From Candidatus Tayloriibacteriota bacterium (lineage in GTDB: Bacteria > Patescibacteriota > Minisyncoccia > Phycocordibacterales > SIBU01), in contig SIBU01000002.1 of NCBI GenBank assembly GCA_009695005.1, positions 7,274 to 71,273 on the forward strand: DNA of 64,000 nt, in the 5' to 3' direction. A program made the position numbers and the translations under genes. Under the pieces are notes generated by a model. The model saw only the letters and a program-made list of their open reading frames with translations. It was not told the origin of the DNA and searched no databases. This document shows positions 9,639 through 18,639 of this stretch, one piece after another. The stretch's first letter is position 1, and the number at the start of each line of letters is the position of its first letter.

Positions 9639-10613
9639 TTATTCGTAATTTATTGTTTCAACCCTTCCTGATTTAGATGATTTTATAATCGCATCTAGTA
9701 TGATTGCTTGGTCGAGGAAGGCTTTGTTGTATTGAAGGTAAGACTCGGGTTTAATTTTTGCATAATGGTTAAACATTTCTAGAAAAGAATCGGAAGATTC
9801 TACTGGAATATCTTTGGCAATGTTGCGCGATCTGTAAAGGATGTTATTAGTGTAATCTTTCGGCGCCGTAAACGCTCGGTCCAAAGACAAATAAAAACCA
9901 GAACCCCACAGGTCTAAATTATTTCTATATTCCAGGTCAAAACCGATATCACCTTGTAAAGTTTTGCTTTCTCCGAAATCAATTGTAACCGCGGCTAGCA
10001 TCGGGATACCACTCTGTTTATTGATACTTACCGAACAGTACACCTTTTTCGGTCTACTGTTGAAATAATACTGACCAACCGAAACTAAGTAGGGGCCTAA
10101 GTCAAAGAGACAGCCTCCTCCAAGTTTTTTGTCGTTGCGGTAGTTATTTTTTTCTAGTGGAGGAAATCCAAATTGAACACTAATTTTATTCAGTGAAGAA
10201 GTTTGAGATTCTAATATAATTTTCAACTTTTGATGCTGGCTGTGATAAAGGTAGGGGATTGACTCAAAAATCAATAATTGATTATTTGCCAATTGGTAGC
10301 ATTTTTTCGCTTCTTTTTTTGAGAGTACTGCAGGCTTATCCACGATAATATTTAATTTTCTTTTCAAGCAGTAATCAATCAATTTGTAGTGTGATGAATT
10401 TTGCGTGGAAATATAAACGGTGTCACAGCCACTTTTCTCGATCGCTCTCTCATAATTATCAAAAATAGGTAGGTCGGAGTTGATTTTCGAAGCCTTGGTT
10501 TGTGAAGCGATGCCTACTAAGGTCACTTTTTTATGATTTTTTATAGCAGGAATTATTGCCTTTTGGGCAATAGCTGAATATCCAATGAGTAGAATTTTAT
10601 TTTTTTTTATCAT
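9639..10613 (-). CDS. Gfo/Idh/MocA-family oxidoreductase, putative NDP-hexose 3-ketoreductase (KijD10/OleW type)
   Basis: N-terminal Rossmann (KILLIGYSAIAQKAIIPAI). GFO_IDH_MocA layout (..DTVYISTQNSSHYKLIDYCLKRKLNIIVDKP..). Its stop lies 6 bp from the 2,3-dehydratase gene start, which implies a coupled function. Confidence 0.5.
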   Translation of the reverse strand: MIKKNKILLIGYSAIAQKAIIPAIKNHKKVTLVGIASQTKASKINSDLPIFDNYERAIEKSGCDTVYISTQNSSHYKLIDYCLKRKLNIIVDKPAVLSKKEAKKCYQLANNQLLIFESIPYLYHSQHQKLKIILESQTSSLNKISVQFGFPPLEKNNYRNDKKLGGGCLFDLGPYLVSVGQYYFNSRPKKVYCSVSINKQSGIPMLAAVTIDFGESKTLQGDIGFDLEYRNNLDLWGSGFYLSLDRAFTAPKDYTNNILYRSRNIAKDIPVESSDSFLEMFNHYAKIKPESYLQYNKAFLDQAIILDAIIKSSKSGRVETINYE

Positions 10614-10619
10614 TTAGCG

Positions 10620-11348
10620 TCAAAGTGGACTGAGGATTGCCTTTACATATGGATTAACTATATTATCAACTAACATTAAAGCTTTTATTTCCGATAGAGA
10701 TAGCCAAATAAAATTATCATTTTCTTGCAGGGGAAGTTTAACTCCTGGCTTCAACAGATTTAATCTGCTCACGTTGCTTTTTTGCCAGAATCTTCCACCC
10801 TCCTCATTCTGACTGGCGGAATAAATAATTGTTGTATCGGGATGGTCAATATACTCGCTAAGAATAGGTTTGTGGCCCGAGTGATGTTGTCTCAGGTTAC
10901 TCATCGTTGCTTGGATAGAAGGTCCGAATTGAATTCTATTAATATTTCCACCCTCAAACTTGGCCTGCAATAAAAATTTAATCTCCCCTTTAATTTCTTG
11001 ACACAAGATAACCAAGTAGCCCCCTTCTTCCTGGACTATAATTGGCTGATCCCAACCAGAGACCTCGGAACTATTCGCATTTTGCACTCTTATTCCTTGA
11101 ACTGAAAAAAAATGACTGGTGCCTGCTTTGTGTCTGACCATCCCTTCTTTCTCTGAGTAAATCCAATCTTTCAATGAAGAAATTGGGAGTATCTGAATCG
11201 TCGATTGGTTTTTTGCTCTTTTTTTATGTAACCAATCCGTAGCGCGTTTAATATTCACTTTTGCTTTTTTCTTGTTAGAAAAAACTTTTGACCTTAGTTC
11301 ATTTAACCTTTTAGTATAAACTCGGGAGTTATTTTTAACCGTTTCCAT
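10620..11348 (-). CDS. NDP-hexose 2,3-dehydratase-like protein, single domain (half the size of EvaA/TylX3)
   Basis: Motifs HFFSVQGIRV, DQPIIVQEEGGYLVIL, LLQAKFEGGN, SQNEEGGRFW and FIWLSLSEI align (from memory) with the C-terminal Nudix-like repeat of 2,3-dehydratases. Only one repeat is present (242 aa). Confidence 0.5.
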   Translation of the reverse strand: METVKNNSRVYTKRLNELRSKVFSNKKKAKVNIKRATDWLHKKRAKNQSTIQILPISSLKDWIYSEKEGMVRHKAGTSHFFSVQGIRVQNANSSEVSGWDQPIIVQEEGGYLVILCQEIKGEIKFLLQAKFEGGNINRIQFGPSIQATMSNLRQHHSGHKPILSEYIDHPDTTIIYSASQNEEGGRFWQKSNVSRLNLLKPGVKLPLQENDNFIWLSLSEIKALMLVDNIVNPYVKAILSPL

Positions 11349-11358
11349 GGTGGAATAA

Positions 11359-11387
11359 ATTATATATAGACCTATTTATATTTGCAA
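11359..11387 (-). promoter_or_regulatory. Candidate sigma70-like promoter for the 2,3-dehydratase/3-ketoreductase unit (-35 TTGCAA, 17-nt spacer, -10 TATAAT, ~10-nt leader)
   Basis: Minus strand reads TTGCAA-N17-TATAAT-ttattccacc-ATG(11348). Hexamers are at 11382-11387 and 11359-11364. AT-rich background makes chance matches likely. Confidence 0.3.
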
Positions 11388-11623
11388 ACTTGTATAAAAG
11401 ACTACCCATTTTCCCACTTTCTGAATGGCCGTTGATATTATTTTTGTAAAACAGGAAGCGATTTCAAACGTCAGTTTTCACTGAAACAAGTTAAGTTTTC
11501 TTTCAGGCTCAAGAATGAAAATAGCAGGTGCACGAACAGGCCCGCCACCGATATGATTTTGAATTTTTTTAAACCGCTTTACTAAATTGAGTGTGTTGAT
11601 TCCAGAATTACGTTAATCATGTT

Positions 11624-12487
11624 TTACGCTTTTCTATCAAACACACTATTTGATTTCAGTATTTTTGAAATACTCTGGGGGTAATAGTTCAAAGTGGTGT
11701 ATGTTTGAATACAATCCATAGATAAATTTGCTAATCTGATATCTTTTGATAAATCTAATTCTTCGGGGATAATCAGACTTGTGTCAAAATTAAAATGTTC
11801 TGCTATTTTTAAAGCAAAATCATATCTAGATAGACTTTCTGATCCTGCACAGTGAAATATTCCTCGATGCTCCTTTTCGATAATAATTCGAAGCATATTA
11901 CATAAATCTCCAATATAAGTAGGATTGTTTATTAGATTTACATAGGCATGAAAATTTCCCTCCCGTTTTAATTTCGTGTATACCTCATCAACAAAATCGT
12001 TTTTTGTTCCAAAAATTCCGCCTATTCGTACTATGACAAAATCAATCAAATTATTTCTTATCAGGTTCTCAGTTGCCAGTTTATCTTTCCCGTATTGCGT
12101 AGTTGGCACTGCAACTGATAATTCATCATGTTTATGAACGCCGTCAAAAACAGCATCTGTTGAAATATAAATCAATTTTATTTTATTTTCAAAACACTGT
12201 GAAATGATATTTTCTGAAGCTTCAAAATTAATTCTTCTTGAAAAAATCTTATCTGCTTCACATTTAGCCATATCCTTGCTTCCAGCAAGATGGAGAATAA
12301 TGTCTGGGGAAACAGATTTAATATATTGATTTGTTTTTATAAAGTCAGTTAAATCAACGTTACGGACATTTTCATGAATATGGGTATTAGAAAATCCAAT
12401 AGGAATAATTTGGTTTTCCTCGTCAGGAAGCATTCGCAATAATTCGCTACCGATATAACCAGTTGCACCGGTCATCAGAATTTTCAT
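11624..12487 (-). CDS. RmlD-like dTDP-4-keto-6-deoxyhexose reductase
   Basis: MKILMTGATGYIGSEL Rossmann. ISTDAVFDG (RmlD STDYVFDG motif). 287 aa is RmlD size. ATG at 12487. Confidence 0.6.
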   Translation of the reverse strand: MKILMTGATGYIGSELLRMLPDEENQIIPIGFSNTHIHENVRNVDLTDFIKTNQYIKSVSPDIILHLAGSKDMAKCEADKIFSRRINFEASENIISQCFENKIKLIYISTDAVFDGVHKHDELSVAVPTTQYGKDKLATENLIRNNLIDFVIVRIGGIFGTKNDFVDEVYTKLKREGNFHAYVNLINNPTYIGDLCNMLRIIIEKEHRGIFHCAGSESLSRYDFALKIAEHFNFDTSLIIPEELDLSKDIRLANLSMDCIQTYTTLNYYPQSISKILKSNSVFDRKA

Positions 12488-12760
12488 TTTATCATTTAGG
12501 AAAATTTTGATAATAACACTGAGACAATTAACAACTTCTTTCGATATTCTTAATTTGTTGACCTGTAAATATTTTCCGTATCCAGTGAAAATCTGGGGTT
12601 AAACTCATCGGAATTGGGAGTAAAAAATATATCCATCATGTACGTTTCGCTTTTTTGAAAGCAGATGTCATGTTAAAGCCCGTAAATCAGTTGCCGTCTG
12701 GGACAAGAATTTTTTTCATAAGGTTGAATATAATTTAATTACTTACCGTTCGTCTTAAAA

Positions 12761-14122
12761 TTATTTCTTGATTTTCTTGGTTGTTACTGTTTTTTTATAT
12801 TCCTCCGCTCCCACAATTCGAGGAAAGGGAATGGGGATAATAAATTTACCTCCTTTGTCGCTAAAATCTTTGAGGTTGGCAATGATTTCCTTGGAAAAAT
12901 TCCAAGCTAGAAGTAGTGCATAATCCACCCCTTCGTTTATGAGTTCTACGTCGGAGACGACAGGAACGTGTCCACCGCCATGGCCACCCGGTGCGAAGCG
13001 GCCAATTTTCAAGCGCGCTCTTTCCGAAATAAGTTTGATGTGTCGGTTTGAAACTCCGATGTAATTTAAAAGAGTCATGCCTTTGGCAGGAGCCGAAACC
13101 ACCGCCAACTTTTTTCCTTGGTGTAGTAGTTTTTCAATAATCGTCATGAGTTCATCGCGATTTTTTCTAACACGTTTGGCAAAATTAAGCATGGTTTCCT
13201 TTTCGTGGAGTTTTGATTCTTTTTCAGCTTGAAGGAATTTTTGGACACTTGCATCAATCGAACGTGTACCGGTCCTTGCTATAAACACTCTGATGGAACC
13301 GCCATGAATATTGGTTTCTCTAATCATAAATATTTCCAAACCAAATTTGGCGAAGAAAGAAATGAGGGGTTTTATGGAAAGGTAAGACAGGTGTTCATGA
13401 TATACGGTATCGTATTCAAGATTTTCGACGAGGTGCTGAAAATACGGCGACTCAAAGATGAAAACCCCGTTCTTTTTAAGGATATATTTTACCGCGCGCA
13501 TTATTTCGTGCAGATCATCTATATGCGCGAACACGTTTGTGCCGACAATGACGGAAGCTGCGCCGACAAGTTTTTTGACTTTTTTGGCGCTTTCCATGCT
13601 GAAAAAATCGCAGATAGTCTTAATACCGTGTTCTTTGTTGGCTATTGCAACGATATTCGGAGCGGGATCAACCCCGATGGTTTTCATTCCCAGCTCTTTG
13701 AAAGATTTAAGAAGTGTGCCGACATTGCTTCCGATATCGACAATAACGTCATCTTTTTTTAATGAAAGGTCGGCGGTGATGGATTCCGCGAAACTGCCCC
13801 AGTGAGCCTGACCCGTTTTGGTCATCGATTGCTCGTAAGGATAGTCTAGTTGATATAGGACTTTCGGGTTGACTATATGACTTAACTGCGAGAGTCCGCA
13901 ATTTTCGCATAAAAGGACTCGTAGCGGATAAGAAATTTCCGGGATATCTAGTTCGTGCGCCGCTCTGAATTGGTCCGCGGGTGGAGTTAAACCCATGTCA
14001 AGATACAAGAAGAGTTTAGGGCTTTTGCACATTCGACAGACGGATGTTACACGATAGAGGTCTTTTACCGCTTCAGCCTGGATGTCTTTTTGCTTATGAT
14101 TTGTTTTTCGGTTGATAGTCAT
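12761..14122 (-). CDS. NDP-hexose C-methyltransferase, TylC3/NovU/EvaC family (Zn-ribbon + MTase + C-terminal domain)
   Basis: N-terminal CxxC...CxxC ribbon (CRMCKS...CENCGLSQL). Class I MTase motif (VIVDIGSNVGTL). Typical family length. ORF start at 14137 is TTG; the first ATG is at 14120-14122 (MTINRK..). Confidence 0.6.
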   Translation of the reverse strand: MTINRKTNHKQKDIQAEAVKDLYRVTSVCRMCKSPKLFLYLDMGLTPPADQFRAAHELDIPEISYPLRVLLCENCGLSQLSHIVNPKVLYQLDYPYEQSMTKTGQAHWGSFAESITADLSLKKDDVIVDIGSNVGTLLKSFKELGMKTIGVDPAPNIVAIANKEHGIKTICDFFSMESAKKVKKLVGAASVIVGTNVFAHIDDLHEIMRAVKYILKKNGVFIFESPYFQHLVENLEYDTVYHEHLSYLSIKPLISFFAKFGLEIFMIRETNIHGGSIRVFIARTGTRSIDASVQKFLQAEKESKLHEKETMLNFAKRVRKNRDELMTIIEKLLHQGKKLAVVSAPAKGMTLLNYIGVSNRHIKLISERARLKIGRFAPGGHGGGHVPVVSDVELINEGVDYALLLAWNFSKEIIANLKDFSDKGGKFIIPIPFPRIVGAEEYKKTVTTKKIKK

Positions 14123-14401
14123 ATAATAAGATGCCAAATTCTTGCATATTTTTTTCTGATTTGCAACATCTGTAATGTATCACGACCTTCGCAATACATG
14201 AAGTAAAATTATGTATGTTCCAGACACGATAAATTTCCAAATCTTGCTTTACTTTAGACTAGGGATGCAATAAAGACCTTTCCTAAAAGATTCCGACTCC
14301 AAAAATAAATATGAGTAAGGTGAAGGAAGTGGAAGAAAATAGCAGAAAAAATTTCGTGTAAAGAATCAGCTAGGAAAAGCCTGTTTAAAAAATTGTGAAA
14401 A

Positions 14402-15667
14402 TTATCTGGCGGATTTTTTATCAAAACGATCTATGCATGCGTTCAGCTTGTTGCTTAGATTGCTAAAGGACCATCTTTCCAAAACTTTTTTACCGTTTAG
14501 TACGAGTTGTTTCTGAAGATTTTCGTCTTTAGAAAAGGAATGAATTTTTTCGGCAATATCCTCCGGGTTACTTGGATCGAACAGGAGAGCTGCATCAAAA
14601 ACTTCATCCAATATTCCGGGAACATTTGATTGAAGAACTGGCTTGTCCATGAACCACGCTTCGATTGTTGGGGTTTGAATCCTACCCATAAAGCTTGGAA
14701 TAATCATTGCGGAACAAAGGGCAAATAACGCACTCATTTCATCATTGTCGGCATAGCCAATCAGGTGGATTTGGTTTTCAATTTTTAAATCCTTGATTTT
14801 CTGGAGTACCTTCTCGTATTCTCCCCACAGTTCTTGTTTGCTTCCGGGTAGAACAAGGTGGAAAATTTCCCCTTTGTCTCGAAGAATTTTAACAGCCTCT
14901 ATCAAATTTCGATGGTTTTTATGGGGCCAAAATTGGGCTGGATAAAATAAAAAACCTGGGGGGAGACTGTGTTTTAGGGCAACTTCCTTCTTTTTCTCTT
15001 CCGAAACGTTTTTTGTCAGATAGATAGGTGGAGCGCACCGTATGACTTCCACAGTATTTTCATCTCTGCCATAAATTTCACAGAACTCTCTCTTGTTTTG
15101 GTCGATTTCAACTATTACAATGGTTGCCTTTTTGGCCACATTTTTATATAGGTATTCCCTTTTTTCCCACTGTCCTAAAGACCAAACTTCTGGAAATTGC
15201 CTGTTGAATCTGTGCTGAAGTTCGTGGACCACTACCAGCGAAGGAATGTTTGACAGATAAGACATTTCCGAAGGCCCGTGATAGACCATAAGGTCTATCC
15301 CGTGACCTTCAAAGTTAAGTGCTCTTTTTTTAGAGTTCAGCCTCGCCAAGAAAATTTCAACCCTGTACAGTCGGAGTGCGCGGAGAAGATTTATTATCAA
15401 CAAATTTATTTTTCTGCGGAATGTTGGTGCAACAGATTTTTCTTCGTTGACACTTTTGCCTTCCTCGGAATTTTTTATCCTTTTAAATCCAATAGGAACT
15501 ATTTTCCAGTTCGAATCCTTGAAATCTTCAAAAGGAAAATCAGGGGAAAGGGTGAATATGATGTAGTCATGTTTTTTATTTTCCTTAAATGCGGCAAGCA
15601 TATTGACGGCGTATTGGTATACGCCACCGGATTTCATATTGCATTCGAAATAGAAGCCTATTTTCAT
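14402..15667 (-). CDS. GT4 (GT-B) glycosyltransferase
   Basis: C-terminal Glycos_transf_1-like region (HLVLPGS...IHLIGYADNDEMSALFALCSAMIIPSF...EAWFMDKPVLQSNVPGILDEV). ATG at 15691 or 15667 (MKIGFYF..); the latter is chosen by analogy with GT4 N-termini. Confidence 0.5.
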   Translation of the reverse strand: MKIGFYFECNMKSGGVYQYAVNMLAAFKENKKHDYIIFTLSPDFPFEDFKDSNWKIVPIGFKRIKNSEEGKSVNEEKSVAPTFRRKINLLIINLLRALRLYRVEIFLARLNSKKRALNFEGHGIDLMVYHGPSEMSYLSNIPSLVVVHELQHRFNRQFPEVWSLGQWEKREYLYKNVAKKATIVIVEIDQNKREFCEIYGRDENTVEVIRCAPPIYLTKNVSEEKKKEVALKHSLPPGFLFYPAQFWPHKNHRNLIEAVKILRDKGEIFHLVLPGSKQELWGEYEKVLQKIKDLKIENQIHLIGYADNDEMSALFALCSAMIIPSFMGRIQTPTIEAWFMDKPVLQSNVPGILDEVFDAALLFDPSNPEDIAEKIHSFSKDENLQKQLVLNGKKVLERWSFSNLSNKLNACIDRFDKKSAR

Positions 15668-15862
15668 ATTATGTTTCGATAATGGTAGCATGTATATATA
15701 GGGTTTTCCACATATACTGTAACAATCGAAAATTGCTGTAGTTACAAGACGATATGATGTGTGAAGCGGATTTCTCAGCGATTTAGCCCTACTTACTAAA
15801 TTAAATAGTTAATTATTTCATCAAGTAGGATATGAAAGAGTGCTGTGCTAGTATTGTTGACT

Positions 15863-16654
15863 ATGAATGCACAAATTGTATCGACCTTGGGTCCATCTAG
15901 CGGAAGCGAGAAAGTTTTGGTAGCAATGATTAAGGGAGGTATAAATATAGCTCGATTAAATTTTTCATGGGGTACTCATGAGGAGCATGGCTTACGTGTA
16001 GATAACCTTCGTAAGGCTGCCAAAAAACTTAAAAAGAGGATCCTAATCCTTCTGGATTTGTCTGGGCCAAGAGTGGCTGCTAAAGGTGGACATCATTTTG
16101 ACGGTGTAAGTAAAAAAATATTGACTAAAAAGGATATAAACGATCTTAATTTTGCTAAGAAATATGGTGTTGATTACGTTGCCCTTTCTTATGTCGGATG
16201 TGCGGCAGATGTGGTAGATCTTAAAGAGGAGTTGAAGAAAAAAGGCGTTACCGCAAAAGTAGTTGATAAAATTGAAAGAAAGAAGGCTTTCGATAATTTG
16301 GATGAAATTTTGAAAGAAGCTGACGCCATTATGATTGCCCGCGGAGATTTGGGGAATGAAATTCCTTTGGAAAAAATTCCTTACGTTCAAAGTATTATTA
16401 TTGCCAGAGCCAAGGAGGCGGGGAAGCCGGTGATTACTGCAACAGAAATGATGATATCAATGGTTGAAAAATCAAGACCTTCACGTGCGGATGTTTCGGA
16501 TGTTACAGTTGCAATTTTAACCGGAACAGATGCTGTTATGCTTTCCGAGGAGACAGCTATCGGTAAGTATCCTGTTGAAGTTGTGCAGATGATGAAAAGA
16601 ATAGCCGTAGAAGCTTCTCGTCAGCCGTTCGCTAAACCTCTCAATTCTTTTTAG
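15863..16654 (+). CDS. Pyruvate kinase-like protein, A-domain (TIM barrel) only; lacks B (lid) and C (allosteric) domains
   Basis: PK signatures: IVSTLGPSS, INIARLNFSWGTHEEH, LLDLSGP, MIARGDLGNEIPLEKIPYVQSIII, PVITATEMMISMV, PSRADVSDVTVAILTGTDAVMLSEETAIGKYPVEVV. Only ~17 aa lie between DLSGP and the second barrel half. The protein ends at ~264 aa. ORF start at 15845 is GTG; ATG at 15863 gives the canonical MNAQIVSTLGP. Confidence 0.6.
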   Translation: MNAQIVSTLGPSSGSEKVLVAMIKGGINIARLNFSWGTHEEHGLRVDNLRKAAKKLKKRILILLDLSGPRVAAKGGHHFDGVSKKILTKKDINDLNFAKKYGVDYVALSYVGCAADVVDLKEELKKKGVTAKVVDKIERKKAFDNLDEILKEADAIMIARGDLGNEIPLEKIPYVQSIIIARAKEAGKPVITATEMMISMVEKSRPSRADVSDVTVAILTGTDAVMLSEETAIGKYPVEVVQMMKRIAVEASRQPFAKPLNSF

Positions 16655-16799
16655 TTTTAGTATCATTTTAGACCTGAAGTTAGAAGTTTTAGGGTGTGTT
16701 TGTTGTATTAAATTTATTTGACATATTATCATGTTCATGATAGTGCGAAATTCGGTTACTTAGTCAGAACATATAAAAATTCAATCAGGAAAGGTCAAT

Positions 16800-17351
16800 A
16801 TGACCGAATGGACATTTGATGAAATTGAAGAAGGTAAAAGAACCCTAGCACGAATCAAGGAAAGAGGATTTCCCGTTCCACTCGATATTATTTTTGGCTT
16901 AACTGAGTCATTTTTCACTATCGTCGTTGAGTGCGCCGTGGTTAAGCGGTTTGACCACGGACCTACTGGGGTCGAGTGGCAGACACTCTGGATTCGCCGA
17001 CCCTCGGATGATCGTTATTACCCCAATAGGTGGCATATGCCTGGGAAAATGCAATTACCAGGGATCAGCATTCCGAAAATGATTGAGAGGACATTAGCTC
17101 GTGAAGTAGGCGTTGCTGTCGACGGAAGTCTGGTTCCCAAAATTGGTTTTTTTGAGGATATTGGCGGTCGTCGAGGGCACGAACATCAGCACCAGTACTT
17201 TGTCACTGTGCCGCAAGACTCCGAAGTAAAAACGGAAAAGGGCGAGTCTCATGTTTGGTGCAATGTGTTTGGGGCTCCGCCTCAGCCAACCCTTCAACCC
17301 CATCTGAAACTTCTTGAAAACCTTCGAGATTTCCTGAGAAAGAAGATTTAA
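16800..17351 (+). CDS. Hypothetical protein with degenerate Nudix-like segment; GC-rich relative to flanks
   Basis: ATG at 16800 preceded by SD AGGAAAGG (16785-16792). Followed by a hairpin terminator. The segment RWHMPGKMQLPGISIPKMIERTLAREVGV resembles a Nudix box, but the catalytic Glu residues are not conserved. Local GC is visibly higher than neighbours. Confidence 0.5.
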   Translation: MTEWTFDEIEEGKRTLARIKERGFPVPLDIIFGLTESFFTIVVECAVVKRFDHGPTGVEWQTLWIRRPSDDRYYPNRWHMPGKMQLPGISIPKMIERTLAREVGVAVDGSLVPKIGFFEDIGGRRGHEHQHQYFVTVPQDSEVKTEKGESHVWCNVFGAPPQPTLQPHLKLLENLRDFLRKKI

Positions 17352-17370
17352 GATTCGGGCGATACCTAAT

Positions 17371-17405
17371 ACCCAACTACACTTGTGTGGTCGGGTATTT
17401 TTTTA
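17371..17405 (+). terminator. Rho-independent terminator (12-bp imperfect stem, 2-nt loop, T9)
   Basis: acccaactacac-tt-gtgtggtcgggt followed by atttttttt. Lies immediately after the 16800..17351 stop and abuts the convergent gene's stop (17407). Confidence 0.5.
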
Positions 17406-17406
17406 G

Positions 17407-18639
17407 CTAATATTTTTTAAGAAAATCAGTAAATATTTTTTTCATATAATCAAGCATTTCCGGAGTTAATCCTTGATGAGCACCTACTGCGAAGGTATCC
17501 TTCATTATTTTGTCGGCATTTTTGAGTTCCCCAACAACTCTTCGTGGTAAGTTTTTGTAAGCTGGATGTCTTAAGATGTTTCCCGCAAAGAAGAGTCTTG
17601 TTTGGATGTTTTGGCTTTCCAGGTATTTTACTATTGTAAAGCGGTCAAAGGGCGCCCCGTCTCTAATGGTAAGAGGGAATGCCAGCCAGCTTGATTTAGC
17701 ATTACTGTGTTCCTCCGGTAAAATAAAATATTTCTCATATTCCTTAAAAAACCTTTTTAAGGAATCAAAGTTATGTTTACGAATTTTAATTACATTCGGC
17801 AATCTTTTTAGTTGTTCTAGTCCGAAGGCGAACATCATTTCGACAGGCTTTAGATTAAAACCCATATGAGTATAAGTAAATTTCCTGTCATAATGAATAC
17901 CTGTAATTTTTGTGGTAAAACGCTTTTCTAGGCTTTCATCATCGTTAAGAGCTGCTCTACCCCATTCACGATAAGAATAAGCCGATTCGTATAATTTTTT
18001 GTCTGAAACCGCAACGATACCTCCGCCTCCTCCTGCCGTGATGTGATGTGAGGCGTAGAAACTTGACGTGGTTACATCACTGTAGGTTCCTGCCGGCTTT
18101 CCGTTGAATGTTCCAGCCATAGTGTCGCAACTATCATCTATGAGATAAAGTTTGTGCTTGTTGCAAAAAGCACGAAGTTTTACCATGTCATTTAAATTAC
18201 CAAAAGCGTGCGGAATTAATATCGCTTTAGTTTTTGGAGAAATCATTTTAGGAAGATTGTTGAGATCTAGGTTGTAAGTGCCAAGTTCAGAATCACCAAC
18301 TACAGGTACTAAATTATTGATATATATCGTGCTGTAAGTGGTAGAGAAAGTGCACGCAGGAGTGATTACCTCACTACCTGGAGGGAGATTTAATATTTTG
18401 AGGGCGAGTAGGTTTGCCGATGATCCTGAATTGACTACTATGCCGTATTTTTTTCCAAAAAGCTTGGAGGTTTTTTTTTCGAATTCCTCCACAATTGGTC
18501 CCATTCCAAGCCAGCCACGTTTGAGACAGGCTACTACTGCCTCTATTTCCTCTTCACCGTACACTGTTTGAGCATAGTAAACTTTATCTTTTCCTGGGGT
18601 AAACTTTCCTGACTTATTGTGTATTCCGTAATATTTCAT
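17407..18639 (-). CDS. PLP-dependent NDP-4-keto-6-deoxyhexose 3-dehydratase, E1/SpnQ-like (His in place of Lys)
   Basis: DegT fold (VVNSGSSANLLAL ... SFYASHHITAGGGGG ... YREWGR). The HH motif is at the Lys position. The E1-type FRDWGR-like motif is present. ATG at 18637-18639. Confidence 0.55.
   Translation of the reverse strand: MKYYGIHNKSGKFTPGKDKVYYAQTVYGEEEIEAVVACLKRGWLGMGPIVEEFEKKTSKLFGKKYGIVVNSGSSANLLALKILNLPPGSEVITPACTFSTTYSTIYINNLVPVVGDSELGTYNLDLNNLPKMISPKTKAILIPHAFGNLNDMVKLRAFCNKHKLYLIDDSCDTMAGTFNGKPAGTYSDVTTSSFYASHHITAGGGGGIVAVSDKKLYESAYSYREWGRAALNDDESLEKRFTTKITGIHYDRKFTYTHMGFNLKPVEMMFAFGLEQLKRLPNVIKIRKHNFDSLKRFFKEYEKYFILPEEHSNAKSSWLAFPLTIRDGAPFDRFTIVKYLESQNIQTRLFFAGNILRHPAYKNLPRRVVGELKNADKIMKDTFAVGAHQGLTPEMLDYMKKIFTDFLKKY

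Noticed and set aside
16800-17351. Calling the GC-rich ORF a functional Nudix hydrolase
   Set aside because: Only a Nudix-like spacing of G/RE residues is present. The catalytic REx2EE glutamates are absent. It is kept as hypothetical.
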